From the NCBI RefSeq assembly GCF_001194135.2, contig NC_068987.1, forward strand, positions 13,471,831-13,535,830: a stretch of 64,000 bases of DNA, read 5' to 3'. The stretch comes from Octopus bimaculoides. Taxonomy: Eukaryota. Position numbers and translations under genes: made by a program. Below, piece after piece: positions 1 through 11,833 of this stretch (position 1 is the stretch's first letter; each line of letters opens with the position of its first letter). Below the pieces are notes generated by a model. The model worked only from the letters and a program-made list of their open reading frames with translations. It searched no databases and was not told where the DNA came from.

Positions 1-543
1 TTCTGGCTGCTATTTCCAGCAGACCAAGTAACCACAAAGAGGCTATAGCTGAATGTAGTAATTTCTTTCAACTAAAATGCAACTTTATCAAACTGGAAAA
101 TTAGCTAAGATTAAACCTACTGGGAAAGTAAGGAGACATCAATGATGTTTGTGAGATAACTTGACAGCTGTATGGTGACTATACTAGTTAAGGCACATTG
201 ATGAGCGCTGAAAGTTGAATGACTACATTCCAAAAAGATTGAATTCATTATGGAAATAACTAGATCTTTCAGGAAGAATACTAGCTTTGCATTGTGTTTA
301 TTATTTGTTAATGCATTTTAATTTCAATGATGCCAGCAGAGAAGGAAATTAAAGGAAAAGCCTAATTTTGTTTCCTTCTTAATCATTATCATTAACTGTT
401 ATGACAGTTAATTAATTAATTGCAGTGGCAAGCTGATAATGATAGCGAGTACCTGAGCCTTACTCTGGTAACGGTGGTGTCAAATAAGGAAACTGAATGT
501 CATACCTGTGACCAATACACATGCAATTTTTCAGCAAACCTAC

Positions 544-612
544 CTCATCCAAGCGGCGCTCAGTCCCTAAAGCAAGCATATTATTAAATTCACGTTCTAA
601 TAATTGTCGGGT
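544..612 (-). CDS. Liprin-alpha (PPFIA): Liprin-alpha exon, end of SAM3 (TRQLLEREFNNMLALGTERRLDE), 69 nt, phase 0 to 0
   Basis: Acceptor cttctctttctacag|ACC, donor GAG|gtaggt; matches the vertebrate LERE(F/Y)NNLL..GT(D/E)RR.DE segment. Confidence 0.95.
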
Positions 613-1149
613 CTGTAGAAAGAGAAGATGAAAGAAAATATATATTATACATACATATACAAAAAAGAAGTTGTAATTTTAAATTGATTATAATTGTCCA
701 CTTTATTACAATAAAAATATGAAAAGACTAAATGGAGACAAATGATTGAGAAAAACTGTGAAACAAATTAGTTGAATATATTATTTCAAGTAACCGTGTA
801 ACTTCTGTTGAATTACCAAATACAGCCAATTTGATTTAATTGCAAAGCTTGTAATATGGGAATTATGTAATTAAATGGAATAGGCAATTAAGTAAATTTG
901 CATAGGAGGCAGATAACTTATAAGATTTTAATATGTTGTATGTAGTAAAATAACATGGCTATATTATGCATTTTGGATTAGATTGGATTACCCATGTTCA
1001 GTCCACAGCAGGATGAAGGCCTCAGCATGTTCTCTCCACCGACCATGGTCTGATGTGGAGGCTGTTAATTTGAGTTTGAGATCCAACTGGTTTGATGAGC
1101 CTACTCTGTTACACTGGCTCAGCATGGCTTGGTAGAGGGGTGCTCAAGA

Positions 1150-1324
1150 GTAGTTAAGTCAATTACATTGACTCCAGCGCTCAACTGGTTCTTATTTTTA
1201 TCAACCCCGAAAAGATGAAAGGCAAAGTTGGGCTTGGCAGAATCTGAACTCAGAACCTACGGATGAACAAAATACCACTAAGCATTTCGCTTGGTGTGCT
1301 GATGATTCTGTCAGCTTGCTGCCA
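1150..1324 (-). mobile_element. SINE family A (tRNA-derived head; core ctttcatcctttcggggtcgataaa)
   Basis: Plus strand reads cccgaaaagatgaaaggcaaag...gaactcagaac...aagcatttcgc, shared with about 16 other copies. The core resembles the Meta/MESC SINE domain from memory; family name not assigned. Confidence 0.8.
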
Positions 1325-1777
1325 TATTGCAAATGTTTGTTTATTCAACAAGCCTGAGGGCTGCTTTGGTCACTATTGTCTGCTTTGGCAAGGTTTATAA
1401 CAGCTGGATGCCCTTCCAAACACCAACTACTTCTCTACAGCATAAATTTGGTACTTTTTTCCTGGCACCAGCATTAGTGGAGTGACCAAGTATCTTGCAA
1501 AACAAGAGCCCTTCACAAAGTGAGGGCACAATATCGAGGGAGGTGGTATTGTGCCAGACGTAGATAGGCTAAAGTGGGAAAGAGGAACAGGAACAAGTAT
1601 CTCACTGTAGAGGAGATACATAGGTACCCTAGATAGATAAAATTTCAAGAAAGAACACAAAGGAAAGAAATTACTCAACAAAAACCACCATACTGATGCT
1701 AGGATGGCGAAAAAAAAAAAAAAGATTTAAACAGTACAAAACACTTGAGAAATAAATAAGTAAAATGTGTAACTTAC

Positions 1778-1953
1778 TTGTGTATTTTGAGTGGGGATTT
1801 GTAGAGCTAATGCCATACTATTATGGTCAAAACTTTCATCCAGCGCTACCAGAGCTCCATGGACTCCAGATTCAAATAAGTTATTTGCGAATTCCTTCAA
1901 CCCAATGGACTGAACCCATTTAATGACTCGTTCATTTGTCCAGACAAGTACAT
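1778..1953 (-). CDS. Liprin-alpha (PPFIA): Liprin-alpha exon, SAM3 ([34 protein letters not shown]...QIPTQNTQ), 176 nt, phase 1 to 0
   Basis: Acceptor cttgtttttgcag|AT, donor CAA|gtaagt; conserved SAM3. Confidence 0.97.
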
Positions 1954-2269
1954 CTGCAAAAACAAGAGTAAAAGAATGAAAGCCATATCATGGAACTAGG
2001 AAAGGAATAAAGGGGGAAAAAAAACCAAATAGTTAATAAAATCCAATGAAATTTAAAACTATTTTTCATTTAGTGTTTGCAAGAGGGAGCCAAAAGACAT
2101 TTTGCCTGAACAGTGTCCTACTAGCTATACGAAAAAAGATGGATTGGATACAAGTAATATTTCATTTGGAATGTTGAAATGTATTTTTTATGAAACTGAA
2201 AATTTAACTGGAGACCACCTGTCAGTCCTTCTGTCTCACATCAGGTACTTAGAGTGCAGGAATGGCTAT

Positions 2270-3030
2270 TTGGTTAAGACATTTGCTTAGAAACCACATA
2301 GTTCCAGGTTCAATCTTACAGGACAAAACCACCTTCAGCAAGTGTCTTTTACCATGACTTCAAATTAACCAATACCTTACGAGCTAAATCTGGTAGACGA
2401 AAACTGTGTGGAAGCTCAGTGTGTGTGTGTGTGCGTGTGTGTGCATGCATATACCATCATTTAACATTTGTTTCCATGCAGGCCAGAGTCGGATGGTTTG
2501 ACAGGAGTTGGTAAGGCCAGGAGCCACACCAAGTTTCATAACCTGCTTTGGCATGGTTTTTATAGCTGGTACGTGTTGGACATTTTGACAGGAGTCAACA
2601 AGTCAGAGGACTGTGTCACACTTCAAAGTCTGCTGCGGTATGGTTTCTGTAGCTGGATGCCTTTCCTAACACCAAGCACTTACAATGGACTTTACAGTGT
2701 ACAGGTAATTTGCAGGAGGCAACCCCCCCCCCACAAGCCCCTGACTTAGTCAAGTATCTTGTACTATAGCCTTGGGCCAACAAATAACTGATGAGTGAAT
2801 TTGGTAGAGAGAAACTATATGCCTGCCCATTGTATACGAGTGTGTGGCCTTTGTACTTGTGTTTGTCCCACCACTACTTGACATAGCAGTTCAGCAAAAG
2901 AGACTAATAGAGTAAGTACCAGACTTAGAAAATAAGCACTGGGGTCATTTTGTCCAACTGAAACACTTCAAGGTCCATTCATTGAATTGTACCCCAGAAT
3001 GGGCAGAATCCAATGACTGAAATAAGCAAA
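2270..3030 (+). mobile_element. Family B SINE split by an antisense family E fragment (about 2455-2720)
   Basis: Head at 2270-2450, family E segment catcatttaacat...tagctggatgcctttcctaacacca, family B tail at 2750-3030. Confidence 0.65.
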
Positions 3031-3178
3031 TTATGATAAAAGATTTAAAAAAATTAAAATTATATCTCAAATTAATAAATTTAGTTAATCTTGATAACAG
3101 ATAATAATTCAATATCCTGAAATTAGTGTTTGTGTAATTAACTGTTTCACATTAAATAATTAAATAATGTTTACTGAC

Positions 3179-3276
3179 CTTTCATTTCAGACGAACTCTC
3201 TTCTCGGCGTCTTTCTAATTCTTTTCTATCATAATTTATTTTTTTCAAACTATTTATTCCATATTGTAAGCTTGTT
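3179..3276 (-). CDS. Liprin-alpha (PPFIA): Liprin-alpha exon, end of SAM2 ([33 protein letters not shown]), 98 nt, phase 2 to 1
   Basis: Acceptor ttatttttag|A, donor AAG|gtcagt; [12 protein letters not shown] motif; absent from the ORF track. Confidence 0.95.
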
Positions 3277-4734
3277 CTAAAAATAACGAAGTGATAATTA
3301 GTTATAAATAGCGAGTAATTGTCTTCATGCAGTATTAATTACAAAGACAAAGTAGTTGATTAAGTCACATGAGATAAGACCAGTTCTGTCATTAAATTCT
3401 TTTTCTTTCTTCAGAGAAGTTAAAATTTGCAAAAAATAAAAAAATAAAAAATTTTTTATTTAATAATAGAATTCAAGAAATTAAGATTAATCACCACATG
3501 ATAATTAATTGAACAAAAAGCATATTTACACAGAAATAGCAGTTTCATCACAAATGAGTGAACCATCATGTGTGAATAAAAATTTTAATCAAAACATAAT
3601 GACAGGATTTTAAATAAATCTTCTAATTATCATCCTATTTTGGAAGTTACAGCACTGTGGCTGATAGCAAAACAGCGTTTCTGACTATGGTCCCTATTGA
3701 ACTCTTTAGCATTTAAACCAGCCATATCCAGCCCAGGTATTCTATTCATTTTATGTTTGAACTGGACAGACATGCCTTCTTACACTCATCTTAAAATATT
3801 GCTCTAAAAATGAACAATCACACCATCGAAATCTCAAAGCTACAGGATAATGCATGGTTAATTCTAAACAATGTGAATAAATAAGCATTACATTTAGTAG
3901 AGTAATCTGAATGCTAAAGGGTGAAGCATTTTCTCTTCAGTACAACCATTTATGTGACTGCTGCTGCTGCTAATGTTGATGACTATGGACAATACAGTAA
4001 TAAAACCAAAGCATGAAGGGTAAAGTTGTCTCTGGCTTTTAGGTAGCATAGAATCTGTCATCATGCTCTTGGTGTGACTAGAGATAGTGACATAACCTTT
4101 TCAAGGTTACATTTCTAACGAAATAGACTATGTATTTAATTCATCTTGGAAATAATGAAGAATTGTTAAATTGGAGATTGGAACATAACACTAGGTTTTT
4201 ACATAAAATTAGAGTGGAATGTTTTAATTCAAGTATTAACCCTTTCAGACCTGGGTCCATGTCTAACTTTCCCCTCCATCTGGGCTCCCAAGCAAAAAAA
4301 AAAAAAAAAAAGAAAAATGGTTGCAAATACAGATAAAGAGTAACAATTGCAGGTAGACAAATGGACAGAATCAGCTGAATCTTTGTGTTCTACATTTGTT
4401 GTGCTTTACTGCATGTTACTGGGCATCTGGCAGAGATGACATTTAACCTGTTTCTGCTTTAACAGGAATATGGGGTAACAGGGGGTAACAACATTTTGTT
4501 GTTGGTGTTGATGGTTTTTATCACAGACCCAGAAGTAGTCTCAGGCAAGTTGGCAACACAGCAGTCCACCGACTGATTTAACGGATGCTTGATGTCATCA
4601 CATTAAAAGATATAACAGATATATTGAGACTATAACTACTTTGGCCATTGATCTTCAGATGTCAAAAATCCTTCTAATGCTTAGTATTTTAGTCACTGCA
4701 GTCTTAATGATCAAGAGATTGTAATCACTAGTCC

Positions 4735-5105
4735 AAAAAGTGGCTGTGCGATAACAAGTTTGTTTCCGGATCATATGGTTCTGGGTTCAGTCTCACTGTG
4801 TGGCACCTTGGACAAGTGTCTTCTATAGTCCCAGACCACCAAAAGCCTTGTGACTGGATTTGGTAGACAGAAGCTGAAAAGAAGTCTGTCGTGTGTGTGT
4901 GTGTGTTTGTGTCTTTGTCCTTCCATCACCGCTTGACAACCGGTGTTGGTGTGTTTACATCCCTGCAACCCAGTGGTTTGACAAAAGAGGCCGAGGCTTA
5001 CAAAACAATAAATACTGGAGTCAATCTGTTTGACTGAAATTTTTCAAAGCAATGCCCCCGCATGACTGCAGTCAAATGAATGAAACAAATAAAAGATTAA
5101 AACTA
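4735..5105 (+). mobile_element. SINE family B (tRNA-like head gtggctgtgtggtaag...ggttcagtccc, internal GT microsatellite, tail tgactgaaacaa..aaaga)
   Basis: Near full length; B-box-like ggttcagtc and CORE-like accttgggcaagtgtc. Confidence 0.85.
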
Positions 5106-5238
5106 ATCCAAAAAAAAAAAAAAAAAAAAGCATCTCACGTTTCCAGTCCAGATTATATTGGCTAACGCCAAACAACAACATTTTAAAAAACAAATAATGA
5201 ATAGAAAGAAAAGAAAATAAAGTTTAATTTAAGCTCAC

Positions 5239-5414
5239 CTGTGGAAGCTATCTACCATTTTTAGCTGACCACGTAAATCTTTTTTCGTCAGATGATCTAG
5301 CATCCGTGCATCCACTAGGCATTCCATAAACGTGCTCCTGTACTGTGGCAGACCCAAACTTGGCAACCATTCATTGCCTATCCATTCATGGTTCATATCA
5401 CCAAATGCCAAAGG
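5239..5414 (-). CDS. Liprin-alpha (PPFIA): Liprin-alpha exon, SAM2 ([26 protein letters not shown]...LKMVDSFHR), 176 nt, phase 0 to 2
   Basis: Conserved SAM2; donor CAG|gtgagc; acceptor is an atypical AAG (cattaaag|CCT), the first AG after the pyrimidine tract. Confidence 0.95.
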
Positions 5415-5905
5415 CTTTAATGAGGTTTAATGAAAAAAGAAGTTTTGTGTTATTTAGCAGACAATCATGATTTTTGAGACATCTTTCAAAACATCAGAAT
5501 CATATAAGCAAAATATATATATATATATATTAGCATGTCAACTAATAGGATGGATTCACTCACTCATACACATAATTGTTTCAAACATAAAAACATACTT
5601 AGTGACTTCTGAAGAACGGGACTTAAAATTTTGTAGAAACTAATAACAGCCTGCCATCTTAAGAAAAAGGAAGGACACATTGAATAATAACATCTCCAAA
5701 TCATGGCTGGAGTACTATTGATCACAGCTTGGTATGATCAGAGTCGACTTGAGGTAAAACAATAATCTTTGAGAAGTTCCATACAATCTAGATTCATTTT
5801 GGACACACATACACACAAACACACGTCAGTAATAACTGAATGGGGAGAAGAAAAAAAACGAAAGAAAAAAACCTGTAAAAGCAAACCAACTTGTTTTTAA
5901 TTTCA

Positions 5906-6136
<231 letters not shown>

Positions 6137-6654
6137 TTATTCAAATTATACAGAGATTTACAGATTGCAGAGGAAGAATTATCAATTTTTAAAATTAAAT
6201 TAAATTTTTTTTTTTCATATTATTCCAAGATTACTACATTTCTGAAATAGTTTAACAAACTAAACACACCAAATATACCTGAAGATTTTTAACTGAAGAT
6301 CTAATTACAAACAGTTACATGATTGGGTTTGATAATTAGCAGCTATTTTCAGCCCTGTTTCAGTTATCGGGTTACCTCACTACTCAATTTTCTCACTTTA
6401 ACTGATGAATTTTGAAGAATTATTTTTCAGCAGGAGGCAATTATACAGGAAATGTAATTAACTAAAGTTCTTGATTGCTGACAAACAGGAAGGATACTTC
6501 AGTAAATCCTTGTTATGCATTCTAGAGAAGCTAATAAACAATAACTCTAGAGGTTATCGAGTTACTAAACAGAGTCAGCCAGTGAGAATAAGCTAACTAA
6601 ATATCTTCATCATAGAGCAATAATTAGGGTTTAGTGAGGAATTTATTAGTATTA

Positions 6655-7020
6655 AGTTGGGGCAAGCGAAAGCGAAATCGTGATGGCACCTGTGCCCAGT
6701 GTTGCCTTCCTGGCACGTGTAAAGACATTCGAGCAAGATCGTTGCCAGTGCCACTGGACTGGCTCCTGTGCAGGTGGCACGTATAAAACACCATTTTGAG
6801 CATGGCCATTGCCAGTACCACCTGACTGGCCTTCGTGCCGGTGGCACGTAAAAGCACCCACTACACTCTCAGAGTGGTTGGTGTTAAGAAGGGCATCCAG
6901 CTGTAGAAACTCTGCCAAATCAGATTGGAGCCTGGTGCAGCCATCTGGTTCGTCAGTCCTCAGTCAAACCGTCCAACCCATGCCAGCATGGAAAGTGGAC
7001 GTTAAAGGATGATGATGATG
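6655..7020 (+). mobile_element. Family E repeat: CpG-rich, internal 65-70-nt tandem units (ggcacgt...gccagt...gactggc), ends in (GAT)n; RTE-tail-like non-autonomous retroelement
   Basis: gaagggcatccagctgtagaaac...catgccagcatggaaagtggacgttaaa(gat)n; decayed relatives at 1370-1560, 2455-2720, 30895-30955, 32150-32370, 39180-39375, 63100-63180. The link to RTE is inferred from the tail type. Confidence 0.75.
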
Positions 7021-7075
7021 ATATATATCAGCCACAATACCATCATCATTGAACGTTCGCCTTCCATGCTGACGT

Positions 7076-7106
<31 letters not shown>

Positions 7107-7155
7107 GAGTTGTGACAGTAACAATGAATATATTTCTCAGAACTGCTGTACCCAC

Positions 7156-7237
7156 CTCAAGCCAAGCGACTACAGTCGGACCATTCCATAATGCAAATGG
7201 CGTGCCAGCCTTCATTGCTTCTTCCAATAATTCATGC
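7156..7237 (-). CDS. Liprin-alpha (PPFIA): Liprin-alpha exon, start of SAM1 ([27 protein letters not shown]), 82 nt, phase 2 to 0
   Basis: Acceptor tttatttttcag|G, donor GAG|gtgggt; conserved SAM1 start. Confidence 0.97.
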
Positions 7238-7679
7238 CTGAAAAATAAACAAATAAAATTCATGTGAAACTCAAACAATAATAAATATATAGGAAAAGTA
7301 ACACTTAATACTCTGATTGGACATTATTATTCTAAAAATATTTTATGTACACAAATACACATATTGAAATTATTTTATCAAATTCTTAATAACATTAAGT
7401 AAAATTCTTCAAGACACCAACAATATAAGACATAATGATTATACAAAAGATTGTAGATGAGTTCTGTAAATGGTCAGTTCCAGAGCTGCCCTGGGAGTTC
7501 TGGTCAACCTCTAAGCCATTTCATTTCAATGAAACTGTTAAAGAATTGAAGTAAACCTAGAGCAAAGTGGATGTCATTGACGAAGCTATGAGTGGTGACA
7601 AAACAATATTGACAAACCTAGCTGATAGAATTATTGTCTGAACCATTAACTAAACTATTGATTAGTTAATTGGTTAAAT

Positions 7680-7935
7680 TAGTGGTTTTCAACTGAGGTC
7701 CATATGATTCACATAAGATTTTGTTGCTAAAACTTATGTGCAATAATCTGGTTATACTTCTACAATATACAAAATATTATAACATTTTTTCAATATAATT
7801 CTTGAAAATGCTTAATTATAAAACTAATAGATTTTTTTTGGTAAAAACATCAAACAGCTAGGGTGGGGGGTCTAGAAGAGTAAAATAGGAACTGAAGGAG
7901 TCCATAGATTAAAAAAATGGCTGAGAACCCTGGGG
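7680..7935. mobile_element. hAT-like MITE (agtggttttcaac...gctgagaaccctg); inverted relative at 37480-37722
   Basis: CAGTGGTT.TCAAC-type terminal inverted repeats; interiors share catataagattttgttg / aaaataggaa blocks in opposite orientation. Confidence 0.65.
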
Positions 7936-8182
7936 TTAAATGATAAACCAAGAGACAAATAAATGATAAAGAAGTGAAATAGAACCAGTGCATGCAACAA
8001 AATACATTTCAATGCATAAGTTCACATCAAGAATTTTGCAAACCAAATACAAAAATGCAATATGCTAAAGGATAATGCATTTGGAAAAAAAATGATGGTC
8101 ATATCATCCCATCTTCACAGCCTCATAAATCTGAAGGCCTGATCCCTAATAAAAAAAAAAATGGAGAAACAAATAAACTTAC

Positions 8183-8276
8183 TTCTTTTTCTTTCTTCTA
8201 TCAAATTCAGATTGCCCTAAGCCCAACGCAAGTGTATCTGATGAACCTGCTTCCAAACCATCTCCATATTGGCCAC
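8183..8276 (-). CDS. Liprin-alpha (PPFIA): Liprin-alpha exon (GQYGDGLEAGSSDTLALGLGQSEFDRRKKKK), 94 nt, phase 1 to 2
   Basis: Acceptor tctctctttcag|GT, donor GAA|gtaagt; phases fit both neighbours; leads into KKKHELL. Confidence 0.93.
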
Positions 8277-8572
8277 CTGAAAGAGAGATCAAACAGATTC
8301 AAAATCTGTTCAGCACATGCATATCTTGTTACAAAATGCAGGAAAAAATTTTAAGGATTAACCCTTTTGTTACCATATTTCTCTTGAAATACACCATTTT
8401 CTTTTCAATAAATTTTGAAAATAATGAAGACTATAGTAACATAATCGTCATCATTAAAGTAACAGAAACACTTAATAAAAGAAGCTGTCTTTAAACAAAT
8501 ATATAAGAAAGTTGTAACTCAAAATAATTCCTTATAAACTAATATGGGGGAAATGGTGGCATTAATACATAC

Positions 8573-8757
8573 CAGTGGCCATATTTTCACCTCTGATCAT
8601 TGCATCTTTGGTCTTCTGTTTTTCTTTTTTACTGAAAAGTCTGCCTATGGAACTTTTTATACCACGTTTCTTTTGGTGTTTGTGCAAGGAGTCTTGGCTG
8701 CTATTGGCACTGCTTAGAGGACTTGGGGAGCTATGCGCACTGTCTATCATTACGGCC
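8573..8757 (-). CDS. Liprin-alpha (PPFIA): Liprin-alpha exon (AVMIDSAHSSPSPLSSANSSQDSLHKHQKKRGIKSSIGRLFSKKEK...MATG), 185 nt, phase 2 to 1
   Basis: Acceptor tttctgtttttcag|G, donor ACTG|gtatgt; conserved SSQDSLHK and GIKSSIGRLF motifs. Confidence 0.96.
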
Positions 8758-9169
8758 CTGAAAAACAGAAAAGGTTGAAAATGATAACATCATGATAAAA
8801 ACCAGAAACAAATAAAAAATAAAAAAAATTAAAATTTCAACAATTATAAATTTGCCCCCCCCCCTCCCCCGATCTATTTGAGACCAAATGATGAACTGAA
8901 GGTGCCTCTAAGTAGTCATTTGACCCACAAGAAAGGACATCCAAATCTCTTCAATATTATATCATGCCATCTTTTCTATGCTTGTATGAGTATGGATTTG
9001 ATGAAATGTGTTTATGACTCGTTACTCTTCTTATTGCCAACCTTAACCTATTTCCCTTTAGCCATGACATGCTTTCATAGAAGATAGCAAACCAACTATA
9101 CCACACTGCTTATACGGCAATGATATTTGTTTACATTTAGTGCATAATATCAAGACAAGGACACATGGA

Positions 9170-10200
9170 CACACATACATACATTCATGCCCACATGTGC
9201 AGATACACGACAGGCTCCTTTTTAATGTCCATCAACCAAACTCATTCACTAGGATGTGGTAGTTCCAGGGCTACACTAGAAGCTACTTGTTCAAGGTGAT
9301 TCGCAGAGGGGCTGAAGCTGGAATCAACTGTGGAGTGAGCTTCTTAACCACACACCCATAAATACACCTGCCAAACAAGAACATGCTGTTTGTTGTGGTT
9401 TCACCTGTCAGTTTTTTTTGGGGGGTATATTTCTCAACCACACACACAGATCCCTTCTAAGTCTTTCCAAATATGCTTCACTGAAGAGAACTAATAAGAT
9501 CAAAACATGTCCACTGCTTTTTACCAGTTGGCTTTAAAGACAAGGTCTGTCCAAAGTGTATATTGTTTTTTATTTCCCAAAAATTTGGAGTAGGTGATAT
9601 TGGAGTTATCTCCCTTGCTTTCCTCATAGCAGAGTTAATTTCCTAACTCCCAGAGGATTTCCTTATTGCAGAGCTATCATTAGTTAATCAAAGTTTTTCA
9701 ATATACCATATTAGATATATATGTGACTTTATGTGTATTTAACAAGCAGAATGCTCCTTTGAAGCATTATTCCTCAGTCCTATTATTCCTGCACAGGTTC
9801 CATTAGTAGAATTCACTTAAAGCTTTCCTTAACTTGAAGCCATTTTAGAAGGTGCTTGCAGTGAGATTGAACTCATAACCAAGTAGTAGCAAGGTGAACT
9901 GTTTAACCACATGGGCTTGCAGCTACACTCTTTTATTGGTTCCAGGCATTTGACTGCTACCTTGGTGGGGCACCACCTTCATGGGATTTAATGAGTCTCA
10001 TCAACCCCTACTATTTATTTTCAACCTGGTAATTATTTTAGCAATCTGTATTATACAGCAATCAATATAATAGACGTTCACAGGTATTGATTAATCTGGG
10101 ACCAAAACAGAAGAAATATGCATCCACCAAAAAGTGTCACACAGTTGGGACCAAACTGAAAGCCATGTGGTTGCGAAATGAACTTCTTAACCACAGGTTA
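9170..10200 (-). mobile_element. Diverged antisense family B fragments (9170-9355, 9860-10030, 10130-10200)
   Basis: gcttcttaaccacac and ccaaactcattcac motifs, reverse complement of the family B head. Confidence 0.6.
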
Positions 10201-10406
10201 GGGCTGAGGACAGCTAAGTAAGGACTAAATAGTAGAGCAAGACTAATTAAGGACTAAACGATTGAGGACAGCAAATGTTTCAACATTGGAACGGGGAAAA
10301 AAGATTACTCAACATAAAAAAAAAAAAAAAAATTGCATGATCAGAATGGCAGGTAGATAATTCTAAACCAATATAATAGTAGTAATGGCTTAAACCTCAA
10401 ACTCAC

Positions 10407-10439
10407 CTCCTCAATTTATTCGACATCTCTGAAGAGATT
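10407..10439 (-). CDS. Liprin-alpha (PPFIA): Liprin-alpha 33-nt microexon (ISSEMSNKLRR), phase 2 to 2
   Basis: Acceptor ttttcatttcattacag|A, near-consensus donor GAG|gtgagt; frame-preserving between the phase-2 junctions at 20548 and 8757. Confidence 0.75.
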
Positions 10440-10859
10440 CTGTAATGAAATGAAAATATTGTGTTAAAACATGGAAAGTATAAGGAACATAACTTGGCTT
10501 TTAGTTTTTCCATAAAATGTGAAATATAATGTTAATACAAAATTTTTTTTAAAAATTATAAAAAAGCAAGATACTGGTGCCAGATTATTTCAAAATTCCA
10601 TTTTTAATTTCTGTAATTTTATGCCGAGAAATAAGCGCACATGCACGCACACTCATACAGACACACACGTGCACATACAGGTAGTTTCTCTCTCTTTCTC
10701 TCTCTCTCACACACACCCAAAGGTACAAATACATGCAAGCATTTTTATATTATAAAGCAACAATATAAAGTCAACAATCATGGCAATGTTATAAAATTGT
10801 AACTATGCATATAGTTACTGGTCTGTTAAAAGCAAAACATAAAAAAAAGTAAAGAGATA

Positions 10860-10980
10860 GAGATAACTAGAGAGAGAGAGAGAGTAAGAGGATAGATGGA
10901 TAGATAGATAGATAGATATATAGATAGAGAGAGAGAGAGAGAGGGGGAGAGAGAGAGAGGGAGAGAGAGAGAGAAAGAGA
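10860..10980. repeat. (GA)n/(GATA)n microsatellite; similar tracts at 22710-22745, 29980-30025, 43360-43384
   Basis: Directly visible. Confidence 0.95.
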
Positions 10981-11785
10981 AATATTAATCACACCATTCA
11001 AAAATCATACATAGATACCCATGGACTTTAAAATGTCTTCACCAAAGGGTGAAAATTTGGCTGTCTTAAAGTAAAACATTAGGTGTGATTTATCTAAAAC
11101 AAGCAAAAGCAGGAAATGATAACAGCTGTAAAACATGAATTTTTTTTTAGTTAAAATCATGGAAAAAGTTGGGTTTTTTTTCAATTAAGAAGTATTAAGT
11201 TTTTAAAATTTTATTTTCAAAAGAAATTCAAACAAAATAATTAAATACTCCTAAATTATATTAAACAACTCCAAAAAATTTCAACTACAGCCCATAATGA
11301 TCATAGTTGACTAATTCAATACCACCTCTTCTGCTATGTAGCCAAAACTGCCCAAAATTGTTTGATGCTTTCTCATTGGTAATGCATTCCTACATAATAT
11401 ACATAAATGTAATCGCTTTCTCAAATAAAATGCACTTCATTTTTGGAGACTCCAATGAAACCATAAGGTGTTACTCAGGCACTCAATGAGTCCACTGCAT
11501 TTTACAGCAGCAACAGCAGACTATCAGGATAATTGTTTATTTCCTTGTCATCTCTTTTTCATTAAGAAAGATTTTAGCAAGATTTACTGCATATTTGCTA
11601 AGAAGAGATTCAAGAAAGAAATGGTTTAACCATAGTTTTACATAATCCCTTTTATTCTAAACACCAGTTTTATATGCATGTAAAATTAATAAAAGACAGA
11701 CAAAATATACAAATGATAGTTATTTTACAAAGTCCCACTCTAAACTCTTTATTATTTTTTTAAACAATTAATTGAAATACATAGT

Positions 11786-11833
<48 letters not shown>

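Noticed and set aside
6593-7012. Several overlapping 67-88-aa ORFs
   Set aside because: All lie in the GC-rich family E repeat; no coding homology.
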